Both the position numbers and the translations under genes were made by a program. A stretch of 63,924 nucleotides of DNA, counting the filler, from Octopus bimaculoides (taxonomy: Eukaryota): the NCBI RefSeq assembly GCF_001194135.2. It is 9 parts of 7 records of this genome, joined end to end, with 100 filler letters (N's around TTAATTAATTAA, not from the genome) between each part and the next. Parts side by side here need not be neighbours in the genome. Positions count along the whole stretch, not along the records: positions 21,328 to 27,535 come from NC_069000.1; positions 27,636 to 36,928 come from NW_026353914.1; 7 more parts are not named here. One strand, given 5' to 3'. The notes under the pieces are model-generated. The model was not told the DNA's origin. It saw only the letters and a list, made by a program, of their open reading frames with translations, and searched no databases. This document shows, piece by piece, positions 24,385 to 36,650 of this stretch; position 1 is the stretch's first letter, and the number at the start of each line of letters is the position of its first letter.

Positions 24385-24774
24385 ATGTCTTCGAAATCGG
24401 CATCGGTTACCAAAGCTTCGGAAAAAGCTGCAAAACCAAAGTTTGCCAACCCAAAAGCGATAAATGCACAACGAACTGCGTCAAGGAAACGACGGCAAGA
24501 GACCTTTACTTTATACATCTATAAAGTCTTAAAACAAGTTCACCCAGATATTGGGATTACGTCAAAAGCCATTTCAATAATGAACAGCTTTGTTAACGAT
24601 GTGTTCGAGAAAATTTCGGCAGAATCTTCTCGCTTGGCCTACATTAATAAACGATCTACCATCACGAGCAGAGACATTCAAACATCTGTGCGTCTACTCC
24701 TGCCTGGGGAATTGAGCAAGCATGCCATCAGTGAGGGTACGAAGGCCGTTACGAAGTATATGAATAGTAAATAA
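24385..24774 (+). CDS. H2B: Histone H2B, divergent variant (129 aa, intronless, intact)
   Basis: Contains the complete histone fold, [68 protein letters not shown]; ATG to TAA with no frameshift. Confidence 0.97.
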   Translation: MSSKSASVTKASEKAAKPKFANPKAINAQRTASRKRRQETFTLYIYKVLKQVHPDIGITSKAISIMNSFVNDVFEKISAESSRLAYINKRSTITSRDIQTSVRLLLPGELSKHAISEGTKAVTKYMNSK

Positions 24775-25281
24775 AAAGAAAATTTTAGTAAAATAAAACC
24801 AACTTTCTTTCTGGACTTGTTTTTTTTTTTTTTNNNNNNNNNNNNNNNNNNNNNNNNNNNNNNNNNNNNNNNNNNNNNNNNNNNNNNNNNNNNNNNNNNN
24901 NNNNNNNNNNNNNNNNNNNNNNNNNNNNNNNNNNNNNNNNNNNNNNNNNNNNNNNNNNNNNNNNNNNNNNNNNNNNNNNNNNNNNNNNNNNNNNNNNNNN
25001 NNNNNNNNNNNNNNNNNNNNNNNNNNNNNNNNNNNNNNNNNNNNNNNNNNNNNNNNNNNNNNNNNNNNNNNNNNNNNNNNNNNNNNNNNNNNNNNNNNNN
25101 NNNNNNNNNNNNNNNNNNNNNNNNNNNNNNNNNNNNNNNNNNNNNNNNNNNNNNNNNNNNNNNNNNNNNNNNNNNNNNNNNNNNNNNNNNNNNNNNNNNN
25201 NNNNNNNNNNNNNNNNNNNNNNNNNNNNNNNNNNNNNNNNNNNNNNNNNNNNNNNNNNNNNNNNNNNNNNNNNNNNNNNNG

Positions 25282-25690
25282 AATCGTTAGAGCATCGGGG
25301 AAAATGCTTAGCGACATTTCGTTCCTAAGATTCTGAGTTCAAATTCCGCCGGGGTCGATAAAATAAGCACTGGGTTCGTTTTAGCCCTTTTTGGCGATAT
25401 TTGAAAGGGTTATTAGGAAAAAGAGGCAAAGGCGGCGGCCTAACGGAATTGTTACAGTGTTGGATAAAATAGTGACTTTTTTTCTTTTTATTTTCTTTAG
25501 CTTTACATTCAGAGTTCAAATACCGCTGACTGACTTTGCCTTTCATCTTTTTCGGGGTCAATAAAATAAGTACCAGTTACGCACTGGGGTCGATGTAATC
25601 GACTTAATCCGTTTGTCCTTGTTTGCCTCCTCTGTTTAGGCCCCTGTGAGCAATAAAGAAATAAATACCAGTTGAGCACTCGTGTTGCTT
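25282..25690 (+). mobile_element. SINE family A copies (two pieces)
   Basis: GAATCGTTAGAGCATCGGGGAAAATGCTTAGCG..GAGTTCAAATTCCGCCGGGGTCGATAA, and a second piece with GTACCAGTTACGCACTGGGGTCGATGTAATCGACTTAATCCG. Confidence 0.8.
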
Positions 25691-26079
25691 TCAGTTCAAA
25701 TCCATCCAATGTCAGCAGTTAATTTTCCACTCTTCCGGGGTCGTTTAATGAAAGTATCAATCTATCATTATAATCGATTGATTCTCTTCCTTCACCTTAA
25801 GTATTGTCTTTGAGCATAAACCAATAAAATGGCAGCGAGTTGTCAAAATCCTTAAAGCGTGGTATTTGCTCTAGCTCTTGGCCCTCTCCATTCCAATTCC
25901 GCCAAGGACAATTTTGCCTTCCATCATTCTTGGGTCGATAAAATAAAAAACCATTGAAGCGATGGTTTCGTCTATTTCCCTTTCTCCTCAAAATCGCTGG
26001 TTTTAATGGCTTCAAATTTTGGCCCACGGTCAGCAAATTCGGGGCAGGAGATACGTCGATTACACCCACTCCAGTTTTC

Positions 26080-26240
26080 AAATGGTACTTATTCCATCGA
26101 TCTCGAAAAGAGAGAAGGTAAGTTGACTTCGGCGGAATTTGAACTCGGAACATAAAGACGGACGAAATGCCGCTAACCATTTCCCCGCACAGGACAATAA
26201 CAACTCTGCCAGTTCGCCGCTTTGAACCATTTTCTTAGTT
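26080..26240 (-). mobile_element. SINE family A
   Basis: GTACTTATTCCATCGA..GACTTCGGCGGAATTTGAACTCGGAAC..GACGAAATGCCGCTAA..CTGCCAGTTCGCCGC is the reverse complement of the family A head. Confidence 0.8.
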
Positions 26241-26527
26241 AAAAGGCAGTGAGGTGCCAGGATTGTTTGCACGTCGGGCAAAATGCTTAGTGAAGCGTGA
26301 ATTGTTTTTCCAGCTCTTTAGATTCGGAGTTCAAATTCTCCTGGTGTTGACTTTTTGTCTTTCGTTTGTTTGGGATGAAAATAAAGAACGAGCCAAGTAC
26401 TGGGATTGACGCAATTAACTTGATCCCTCCTCTCAAAATTACCGGCCTTGTGCTAAAATTAGAATTATTGATGGATGACCGGACAGTGAGTAATAAATGT
26501 AAACTAGTGTAGATTATCGGAGGTTCA

Positions 26528-26563
26528 GGGCTCATCACCGACCGGACAGTCGGTGATGAGCCC
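26528..26563. other. Perfect 15-bp GC-rich hairpin
   Basis: GGGCTCATCACCGAC-CGGACA-GTCGGTGATGAGCCC. Confidence 0.9.
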
Positions 26564-26824
26564 GTATCGTAATCTTGATCGATTTATTATTTTGCTCTGC
26601 TTTATTTCAGTAAATCATACGTTGGTTCTGACTTCCTTTTACTTTATCTAAGCATTCGGATTAAAATATTGATTATTTTAAGGTTATTTCTACAGATATT
26701 CTATAAAAATTGCAGCCAGCGTGGATCTTTGCTACAGCGTTTCGTATACGAGACGTCAGATGTAAACAAACAACGAGATCGAAACGTAGTAAAAGTCAGT
26801 AATTTCTATAGAATATATGTAGAG

Positions 26825-27005
26825 ATTCTGTTGTGTCTGGGGAGAGTAATTCTCTTTTAGTGCTTCATAATTTAACACACTCACCGGTAAAATTCCCACT
26901 TATAAAAAAATAAAAATAAAGGCGAAATAAGTGGAAAATTTCCCGGTGAGTGTGTTAAATTATAAAGCACCAAAAGCGACTGACTCTCCCCAGACACAAC
27001 AGAAT
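26825..27005. repeat. Inverted repeat, ~77-bp arms, 27-nt spacer
   Basis: ATTCTGTTGTGTCTGGGGAGAG..TAATTTAACACACTCACCGG..CCACTT (26825-26901) vs AAGTGG..CCGGTGAGTGTGTTAAATTA..CTCTCCCCAGACACAACAGAAT (26929-27005). Confidence 0.9.
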
Positions 27006-27635
27006 TTGCTTCAACAAACGAACTCGCATAAAGAATCTTGCAAACGAAATCTGTAGAAATATTTTTCTGAAATTTGCCCACCGCATTGGGATAATTTTAT
27101 TTCATGTCAGTGAACATGTTATTTGAAACGGTGAGGATACAACAAGAGTCAGCCTTGTCACACTGTGTCACGCTGAATATCCCCGAGAACTACGTTAAGG
27201 GTACACGTGTGTGTGTGGAGTGCTCAGCCACTTGCACGTTAATTTTACGAGCAGGCTGTTCCGTTGATCGGATCAACCGGAACCCTCGACGTCGTAAGCG
27301 ACGGAGTGCCAACAAGCATCAAACATACGGTCCTCAATTAGAGTACAGATTAATTTTCAAAATAGTTTTTGTAACACTTATTTAAAAATTACGTTATATT
27401 GACTTTTTTTTTTTTTGTTTTCGGTTGAAAATGGGTTAATATGTGAGTTTCTGTATCTAGGGTGGTTTTTCTAGATTCTGACTGTGATCTGTGCTGTGTG
27501 AACGGATTATATGTGACAAACGAGTACGATGTTTGNNNNNNNNNNNNNNNNNNNNNNNNNNNNNNNNNNNNNNNNNNNNTTAATTAATTAANNNNNNNNN
27601 NNNNNNNNNNNNNNNNNNNNNNNNNNNNNNNNNNN

Positions 27636-28544
27636 TATCCTATTGCTTATACTATGTGCTAAGCCTCTCTTAAGGAATAGTGGATGGTTACTGGATGCGT
27701 TTATGTATTTTAGGTTAGTGTGTGGCTTTATGTATGGTTCATGGAGTCCTGTGGCTAGGTTGCAATTGGCATCTAAGTAGTTTATGGAGGTGTGTTCATT
27801 TTCTATAGAAATGGCTAGTCCAAATCTTTTGAAGAATTTATGTAAGTTTTTCTTAATGAGTTCTAGTTTCCTATTCGAGGGATTTTTAACTTCGAATAGC
27901 GTGTCGTCCCTGTACAATCNNNNNNNNNNCGAGGGATTTTTAACTACGAATAGCGTGTCGTCCCTGTATAATCCACCTTCAAGGTCTGTGAATTCTTCCT
28001 GTATGTAGGAGAGCGAATATATTCCCACTAAGTCTGTTATCTGAGCTGAATCCAGGGCTCCCATGGTGATATCGAAGGAGTTTGGGGAGTCTTTACGGAC
28101 CCAGAGCTTATTATCAAAACTTATAATAGATTTCCTAGCTTCAAGTATTACATTAATTTCTTTCCTAGTTAGCTGTGAGTGGTTTTTGGCGAATATTAGG
28201 GCACTATTCAGGATCGTGGGGTTAATTGAGGAGTAGTAGTCTACTATGTCTATCTGTATGAATTTGTAGTTATTGGTGTTCGGTATATTGGAGAACCAGT
28301 TTAGGGCTTTGTATGTGTTAGACCATAATTCGAGGGAGAGTCTACTTTTTAGCGTACGGATGTACTTATCTAGTATTAGTTTACCTAATTTGCAAAGGTC
28401 TGATCTATTTGGGCGCCCAAATAAATTTAAATGCAGTGCCATCTTCATCTGCACAAATAAATAAATTGAGTTATAACCAGTAGGCCACATTAATATAATT
28501 TTTCTCAAATATTTTAACAGAGCAAGACGATGGAAAAAATTCAT
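27636..28544 (-). mobile_element. Penelope-like element reverse transcriptase fragment
   Basis: FIQIDIVDYYSSI, ITMGALDSAQITDLVGIY, GGLYRDDT, INYLDA and PYIKP..YINASSNHP match the PLE RT and thumb motifs (DxxxFYPSI, MGSxxGAE, YRDD, FLD, SNHP). Confidence 0.85.
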
Positions 28545-28799
28545 GTTATCACTATTGTAGCTAAGAATAGACTACACTTCCAAGAATTGCATGAACCCTA
28601 TTGATGTCATAGTGTTGTAAGGGATTGTAATTTATTTCTAATTCATTTATCTCTTTATCAACTACTAAATCTAGGACTAGAAGACTGTGTCTGTTTTGAA
28701 GAAAGGACAAGAGTGAGTTGATAGCTCATGGCTAGGTATGGTCATAAATATTATCATATGTATCTCTTTTCCTCAGGGTGGAAAGAAGACATTAGGAGT

Positions 28800-30520
28800 A
28801 GTTTCTTGAAAACATTCATCCCCATTCCATGAAGATCTCTCAAATGTTTTGGCAGGTGTTAAATAGCTGTGGGCCCTTGAATCTCAAGCTATTGCAGTAC
28901 ATAGTCCTCATTCTAAATGAGACAGCTGAGACCTTTGGAACAGTGCAGTGACATCCAATTTTGAGTCTGGCATAGCTCTCAATCCCAACTATGCTGAGTG
29001 TTTGTAGCTTGTGACATACCATCCCATGATCAACCTTATCAAAGGCCTTTCCAAAGTTGAAATATATCACATCCGTGCTTAAATGATTCATTAATTGTTT
29101 CAATAACCATTCATAGTGTTGCAAAAGCTGTGTAAGGCAGCTTCTTCCCGAGCAGAAGCCATGCTGGGTATCAGGAAGCAAGTCATTATCTTCAAGGAAT
29201 GCAATTAGTTTCATCCTGACAATACTTTCCATGACTTTGCTGGCATGGGTGGTTAGAGAGACTGGTCTATAATTTTTAGCATCTGTTCTGCTACCACCCT
29301 TATGGATAGGACATATTAGGCCTTTTGGGGAAGTCTCCCAGTTCTGACAAAGCTCTGAAAGAGAATCTGAAGTAGTCTTGTTAGAGCCCATTACATTTCT
29401 TTAGGAAGGTTGCTGGGAATTCATCAGAGCCTGTGGCCCATATTACATCAGTTTCCTCTACTTTGATGCTATCAATAATTGCCATTTCTTTGTGTAAAGT
29501 TGTGGTGCCAAAGAACACATTAGACAGGTTCCCCAATGGAGTGGTGAAAACACTCTTGTATTGCACATTTAGCATTTTACTGATCTCCTGGGAGTTCGCA
29601 GTCGGCAAGCCACCCTCCCCAAAAAGTGGCCCTGTCCCACACCACACTGGAAAAGACTTTACTGCACATCTGTAGAAGGCTTTAGGGTTTGTCCCAACAT
29701 TTTTGACAGCCCTGGCCTCCTCCTCTGACTTCTTTTCCTGGGAGTCTTTGAATTCATTTTTGATCTCAAGCAATATTATTTACCTGCGATAGGATCGCTT
29801 GTTATCCTTTAGTGACCCATTCAGATGATTTCAGATTTTTGCTCACTGCCTCATTAGAATCCTCCTATCCCTGGGCATGACATCTCTTTGCTGGTTTGGC
29901 ATTCTCTCTGAAGCAAACTTACTGCAATGTCATGTATGGTTGTCATAAAGTGCTGTAGCTTTATGTCAATATCTTGTGTAGAGAGATTGGCAGACCAGTT
30001 TTGTTCCATGACGTCTTTCCCAACACTCTTCCAATCAGCCCTGTGAAAGTTCAGGCTGGAGAGAAGCTGGGTACTTCCAGTAGCCTACACATCTGTAGTC
30101 CCCCGCAGGTGATACATTGTTAGCTCTATTAAGTTATGATATGAGAAAATCGTCAGTGTTACCCTAACATCATGGATAGTATAATAGAGATGCACTGTTT
30201 CAAGAACAGAGTCAGAGGTATATAGCAGTGGAAACAGTGGTTCCAGGGAGAATGAGTAGCACAAATAGGTTGGGGATGAAATATGTACATAAATATGTAC
30301 ATATGAAACATGTACATATGAAATATGTACATAAATATGAACAGTAGCTAAGTGAATAAAGCCATAGTCAGAAGATTGACAGAGCAGTGTCTGCTTGGAA
30401 GATGAGTTGTGGGGAAAAGACACATCTGGGGCAGACTGGGTGCAGGGGTGTTGACATAAATGAAATCTTTTAGGAACTCATTTTTGCTGTGAAGTACAGG
30501 TCTTCTCAAACACAGCAAAT
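28800..30520 (-). mobile_element. CR1/L2-group LINE fragment (internally deleted)
   Basis: VKNVGTNPKAFY, ICPIHKGGSRTDAKNYRPVSLTTHASKVME, QHGFCSGRSCLTQLL and VIYFNFGKAFDKVDH, followed by a C-terminal NSLRFKGPQLFN. Confidence 0.85.
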
Positions 30521-31099
30521 TGCCAATCATCATTATTTACTACTTCATACCACTTTTTCCTGGTTCTCCCTCTTCCACAGATTCCATCCACAATTAGCAT
30601 TTCGGCAATTCTTTATGCAGTATTCTCATCATATGCATTACGTGACCACACCTCAGTCTTCTCCCTTGCACACAAAATCTGATGCCTGTTATACCCAAAT
30701 TTTCCCTCAACACATTTGTACTTTGTTGTACATGTACACTGATGTTTCACAACCTGTGGAACATGCTAGCTTCATTTCTTTCTCGTCTTTGCATGTCCCC
30801 TGCAATAAGCCCACATTTCACTATTGTGTAGCATTGCTATTCACATACAATCTGCCTTTCACTCTGAGAGAGACTGGTTATTACCAACAAAAGTAATAGC
30901 TCTCTGAATTTTCTTCAGCAAATTCTTATTCTAGCAACTATGCTTTCCTCTACTAATAGTAAGGTCACCTAGGTAACAAAAAGTACTACTTCTTCTAAGG
31001 ATCCTCCTGGGCATTTAAGGAAATCTACTTTCTGTGTCTAGGGAGAGTTATTAAGCCAATATTATTAACACATGGACTGGTTCAATTCCACTCCTTTAT

Positions 31100-32200
31100 T
31101 ATTAGTCAATTGGTTAAATATCCAACAAACCAAATAATTGTTTGTTTAATAGGGAGAGTCATTATGCCAATATTATTTTCTATGCATTCTTCTGCAATGC
31201 TTCTGTGCATCAGCCACATGCAAAACCCACTTTCTCTGTTAACCTTCCTATGATTCCACTATGCCTCTTAGGTGTCCACAGTTTGTACTGGATACACTGT
31301 ATGGAATTTCTACCAATACTTTTTCTACATATAAAACAGCCATTTTCTTGAAGGGATCAGTGTCCTGCCTGTTTTCCTACTAACTAGAACTTTGATCTTT
31401 ACTAAGTCAACTTTAAGACCCTTTGATTCCAAGTTTTGTTTCCACACCCAGAATTTCCTTTCTAACTCTTCTACAGATTCAACTATAAGAACAAGGTCAT
31501 CAGCATATAGGAGCTCCAACAAATAATCAGTGTTAAACTCCTCTGTCATGGCCTAAAGGACTATGATAAACAGGAAGAAACTGAGAACCAAGTCCTGGTG
31601 AAATCCTACCTGTACACTAAATTTGTGGCTATACTGAATGCCAACTCCCACCTTATTGGCAGCACTCCCAGACATGGCTTGGATGGCTCTCACCAGCCAT
31701 TCATCTATTCTTAGCTTCCACAGCAACCACTAGTTAAGGGAGCAGGAAACCCTGTCAAAGGCTTTCTCCATGTTGGAAAATATCATGTACAGCACTCCAT
31801 TTTTGACTTAATACTTCTCTTGCAGTTGTCTTACTAGAGAGCACCAGTAGTGTTTTGCCCTAGTAAAAAAAAAAAAAAAACTGCATCTCATCTAGGCTAA
31901 CTCTCTCCCTAATTAGCTGAGCTGTGACCCTTTCTGTAACTTTTATGACCTGAATCCAGCAATTTGATACTTTTTTAATTACTTTTAAAGCATCTCCTTT
32001 ACCCGTGTAACAATTGACTATAATGTTGCTACATCAGTCATTGGGCATAATACCTTTCTGTAGGCTATATTCAACTTCACCAGATATCTTAAGCATCTCA
32101 GCAGTAATTCCTGCCTTCATATCCTTACTTGTCTTCTCTATCATACTGCTGTCAACAAGGATAGATGATCCATCTGTTGGATTCATATTAGGAAACTATC
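31100..32200 (-). mobile_element. RTE LINE fragment
   Basis: LELLYADDLVLIVESVEELERKFWVWKQNLESKGLKVDLVKIKVLVS is homologous to the copy at 12500-12640; IDEWLVRAIQ nearby. Confidence 0.85.
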
Positions 32201-33931
32201 TCCCATTCAGTGTTATATTTAGTAGCCTTTCATAATAGCACTTCCATGTAGTTTTCTTTGTAGAATCAATAATTACAAGTGTACCATTATGTGCCCACAC
32301 ACACTTCTCTCTCACAACATTATGATTTTCTCTGATACTCTGTCTTGCAATCCAAAACACCTCACACCTGTGATACTCACACTGTATGACATTAGTATAT
32401 CACTTCCTTTCTGCTTCTCCCCTTGGAGATAGGCCTTCACCTAGCTTCTCTTCTAGCTATTTGGTATATTTCCATGCTACCCCAATTCTTCCAGTCCTTC
32501 CAAGCCTGTTGTCTCTTCACTCAATGATTCTGTCTATTTCTAGCTACAGCTGTAACCACTCCTATCATAACTATCTTGCTTAAATTGTTTCCGAGAATTC
32601 ATTCTTTGCTGTTTCTCTTACCCCACCACCACCACCACCACTACTTATCCATGATGAAGCATTCTCTGCTTTCCTCTCATTGTACATATATGTAGTTATA
32701 TATATTAGACCGAATGAAATAACAAATACAAGGTTGAGAGGAGTTTTCAGGACATTTATAATGAATTAGTCCTAATAAGATATATAAAGATATTGTAGTT
32801 GCAGTTCCATTATTCAAGGGAAATGGTGTATAGAAGTGGTAAAAAAGTTTCCTGTACATAGTGTGTAAGTTCCAATAGCAGTTCATATTTAGTCATTTCA
32901 AAACATGGAGCCATGGAATCAGTGTTGCTTGTTCAAAAGGGTTTTGTGGTGTGAATGAAAATTTGAGAATGTATTGGTAGTATTTATGGATAGATGGAGG
33001 GAGAAGAGATGTGTATGATCAGAAAGAGGAGAAAGGTCAAATCTAAAACAGGAAGAGAAAATGAGAGGAAGAAAGAGAGAAAAAAAATCGAAAGGAAAAA
33101 AGGGAGAGATAGACAAAAACAAAGAGTGAAAAAATGAAGAAATGGTGAAGGAAGTGAGAGAGGGAGTGTTAGTAAGTGGTCAAGATAATGTGATGGGAGG
33201 ATGGGAGAGGAAGAGATGAGAAGCTAAGGAGTAAAAGAATGTGAGATATGTGAGTAGGGGTGATATGACAGAGCTGCATTAACATTTACAGTCAAACACA
33301 TGCGCGCATATAGGTACTTATGTATACATATATACACATATACAGACTCATTCATATATATTTGTATATATAAATACACGCACACACACACACATGTGTA
33401 TATACACATACACACACATATATGTGTATATACACATACACATTTTTATACACACACCCACATGTACCCGCTTGTATGTTCATATATGTATTATTAAATG
33501 ATTGTGATCCTTAAAGTAAGATGGGGGAGTTAGTTAAAGATGAAAATTTAAAATGGAGACAGGTAGGGTTGTTGGGGATTACCTATGGGTGTGTACCACA
33601 TATCAGAACAAACAAACATAAGCATTTTGTATCAGCAGATGTCAAGATGTTAGACATCTTGGAAACATTACTCTCAACTTAATCCACAACACATCAGCAC
33701 ACATATCTAATTTTACATTTTTTTCTTATATCTCATCCAATTAATGCTTACCCACACATTACTTGCTTAATAATTTTTATAGTTTCTTTATTGAGCAATT
33801 GCATCATCAATGCAAAATAACTTTTATGAAAAGAAAAGAACATACAAAATGTACTGTTTGAATTGAGAGGAGACAATATTTAAAACCAAAAATATTGATA
33901 TTCAATTATAGATAAAACAATTTGTACCTAC

Positions 33932-34109
33932 CAACCAGGGCTGGCTTCACAATGTGCATCAAGAAAAATAAGAACATCACCAACTGCAGCTTTAGCTCCT
34001 GCAATTCTAGCTCGAATTAAACCCGAGCGTTCATTGGTACGTACAATTCTAACAATGTTATCAGGCCAAGTATCATAAATGTATTGTTTCAATTTGCTGC
34101 CAAGTTCTT
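33932..34109 (-). CDS. GALNT: Internal exon of a polypeptide N-acetylgalactosaminyltransferase (GT27)
   Basis: Acceptor ..CATTTCAG| (34111-34110), donor |GTAGGT (33931-33926); 178 nt, phase 1 to phase 2. Encodes [60 protein letters not shown], with GLIRAR and the Mn-binding DAH (33960-33952). Symbol is family-level only. Confidence 0.92.
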
Positions 34110-34839
34110 CTGAAATGTTATAAGAGTATACACTATCTGTTAAAATCTATAAAAATATAAATAATTAAAGCAGCTTTACTATGAAATGAAATTGAAGACA
34201 TGAAGCAACAAAAGAAGGAATGAAATAATACAGGTAACAGATGAGAGAAGAACAAAGGCAGGAAATAAAAAAAAAGTTGAAGTTGAGACCAATGGGTAAG
34301 TAGAGATAACATGATTCAACACAAAACATGTGGTGTAGAAAAGGAAATATGGATGGTGAACAATGATCATTAGTGAAAACATTGAGAGAAAAAAGTAGTA
34401 CAATGAAAAAATATGAATGACAAGAGTAGAATATCAGGAAGAACTTCAAGAAAGAAATTGAGTACAATGAGAAAAACATAAATGGAAAACAATTCTTAAT
34501 ATAAGAAATTTCCAAAAATGTCAGAGACAATGTGGTACTCCTATAACATGTCATTAAAAGTAAACAACTGAACCTTATAACAGAGAAATAGACAGATCCT
34601 GTTTTCACTGAAACATTTTGAGATTCAGAATTAAGCCTTTAAACAGTTGCCATAACAGTAAAGTGTAACTTCTTCCTCTGGTTCATCCTGATGCACTTAA
34701 GGTAAATAATGAGCAAGCTTTGTGGTAAATAATAATTTCAGGGAAAAAAAGCTGAATTTATAATTGTACATTTTCCTTTGTTTGATTTAGACAAACATAC
34801 CAATCTTCTGGTCTGCAGCCAGAAAAATGGATACCCAGC

Positions 34840-35520
34840 ATCTGGCTGGTTTTACATTATTGAATAGGGATATAGTGAGCCACACACAAACCAACAGAGA
34901 AGGCCTTGAAACAATTAATTTCAATCATACTATGCTATGAACTAGGAGAAGACTGCAGAAGTCAACCAGGTAAAGAAAGAAGAGGCAAAAAGCTGCTATA
35001 TGGAGTGAGTACAATGTACCACTCAGGAGGAGCCTGAAGTTAGGCAACAGTTAGTACAGAAAGAATTTTGGTTATTATCCTGATGGAAGAACACCTTTCA
35101 TCTTGAAACCAAAGACATATGTTTTTCTTCTAGCACAAATCCAAGCTTCTCTGCTAGTTCCTCAACATTTACGATGGAATTTTGTTCCACCAGGGTTTGC
35201 AAGATTCCTTGCGAGCTCTACAGATCTTCTAGGATGAGGCTTGTCTTCTAGGCTGTAGTTTCTGGCTCAGAATTTCTGGAACCACCATTGACACTGGCTT
35301 ACATTTATTGTCCGCCCCATGTTTACTACATTAATATTTCTCACACTTTCTGTTGTGCTGTTGCCTTTATTGAACCCATAAAACAAAATGTGCCGAATAT
35401 GTTCCTTTGTCACATTCATTATAGCTTTCAAAAAATAACTGTTAAAATCAAACTGCACTCATCCAAATTTGCATTAAGAATAAGGACAAAGTAAAATTAC
35501 TACCTATTTTTATAGCAAGT
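34840..35520 (-). mobile_element. Decayed mariner copy (HTH region clearest)
   Basis: KEHIRHILFYGFNKGNSTTESVRNIN..SQCQWWFQKFRARNYSLEDKPHPRR matches the Mos1-type N-terminal HTH and WF.KF..G.F.LED motif. Confidence 0.8.
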
Positions 35521-35918
35521 TGATGCTGGTAGTTTATCCTGTCCCCCTCCAACTTTTAGTTCATGCAACTGAAAAAAATACATTATTTATGGGATGACCC
35601 AATACAAACATATATATTCATACTCAGCCACAATAAACACTACACATTAAAAATATTCACACAAGATAATAACTGGGAAGATATTAACTGGAGAAGAAAC
35701 TCACAACCACCACCTGGCACATTTTATTTTTGTCCCTTAGCCACTCATCCACCTATACATAGACATATTTCTTTGAAGAAATATCAAATCCTAAGAAAAT
35801 ACAAATTAACAAAATTATTTGTCCAAATAACTCCATAAAAGTAGGGATGTTCTCATAAGAAATTCTTCCACCAAATCACTCAACCATGAAGAGCACCATT
35901 CATTAAATACAGCCAATA

Positions 35919-36650
35919 CAAGGGTTCCCAACCATTTTTCATCTATGGACCCTTTTGTTTACTATTTTATTCTGGTGGGCACCCACAGCTATTCTATGTT
36001 TTAAAACTAATTTTACAGAAACTACTTTCAAATTCCCATTTTTTTCCACACATCAACTTGTGTAGGTTGAACTAGGTAAAATGTTAGAGAAAGAAACCTA
36101 GCTGTTTCTTGCAATACATACCAATATGTATGTAGTGGCGCGTGTGGCCGCCATTGGCCGCCATCTTGGGAAGTGCCATTGCGCATGTGCAAGGGACTTG
36201 CCGTCAGCGGAAGTACCCGGGCACGCATGCGCAATGCAACAGGTGGAGAGAGAGCAATAGTGTTCGTCCTCTTCTCTATCTAGCAGCGGTCGTGACAACA
36301 CGTATCTTCCAGTGCTCTCTCGACTCGATACCGACATGTGGTCAAAGCTTCCTTGGTATTTTAGCCGCATGCCTGTTCACCCAGGAACGAAACGGCTCTA
36401 CACCAACCTAGAATAAATTATTGATCTGTTGTTACCGTTATCCCTTGTGTTGTTGTATTTCTGGATTTTAATGATTAATATAAGAACTGGAGAGAGATGG
36501 CTGAGCCGTCATATCTCATCCAATTCTTATATGTACATCTAAAGCAAAATTTTTTTAGGGACCGTTAAAATACTATTTTGAATCCCTAATTTACTATTTT
36601 GTTGCATGGACCCCACAAAATCTTATATGGATCCTGTTTGAGAACCACTG
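35919..36650. mobile_element. Non-autonomous hAT (Charlie-like) element
   Basis: TIRs CAAGGGTTCCCAAC (35919-35932) / TTTGAGAACCACTG (36637-36650), flanked by a perfect 8-bp TSD AGCCAATA (35911-35918 and 36651-36658). Confidence 0.9.
36132..36500. promoter_or_regulatory. CpG-rich promoter-like or LTR-like cassette
   Basis: YY1-type GCCGCCATT (36147-55) and GCCGCCATCTTG (36157-68); NRF1-type TGCGCATGTGCA (36180-91) and GCACGCATGCGCA (36221-33); ETS-type CGGAAGT (36208-14); AATAAA at 36412. Motif match only, no activity data. Confidence 0.45.

Noticed and set aside
27876-27973. Tandem duplication of LYRDDTLF in the PLE RT
   Set aside because: The two ~44-bp copies flank a 10-N gap, the typical unmerged contig overlap or haplotype artefact.
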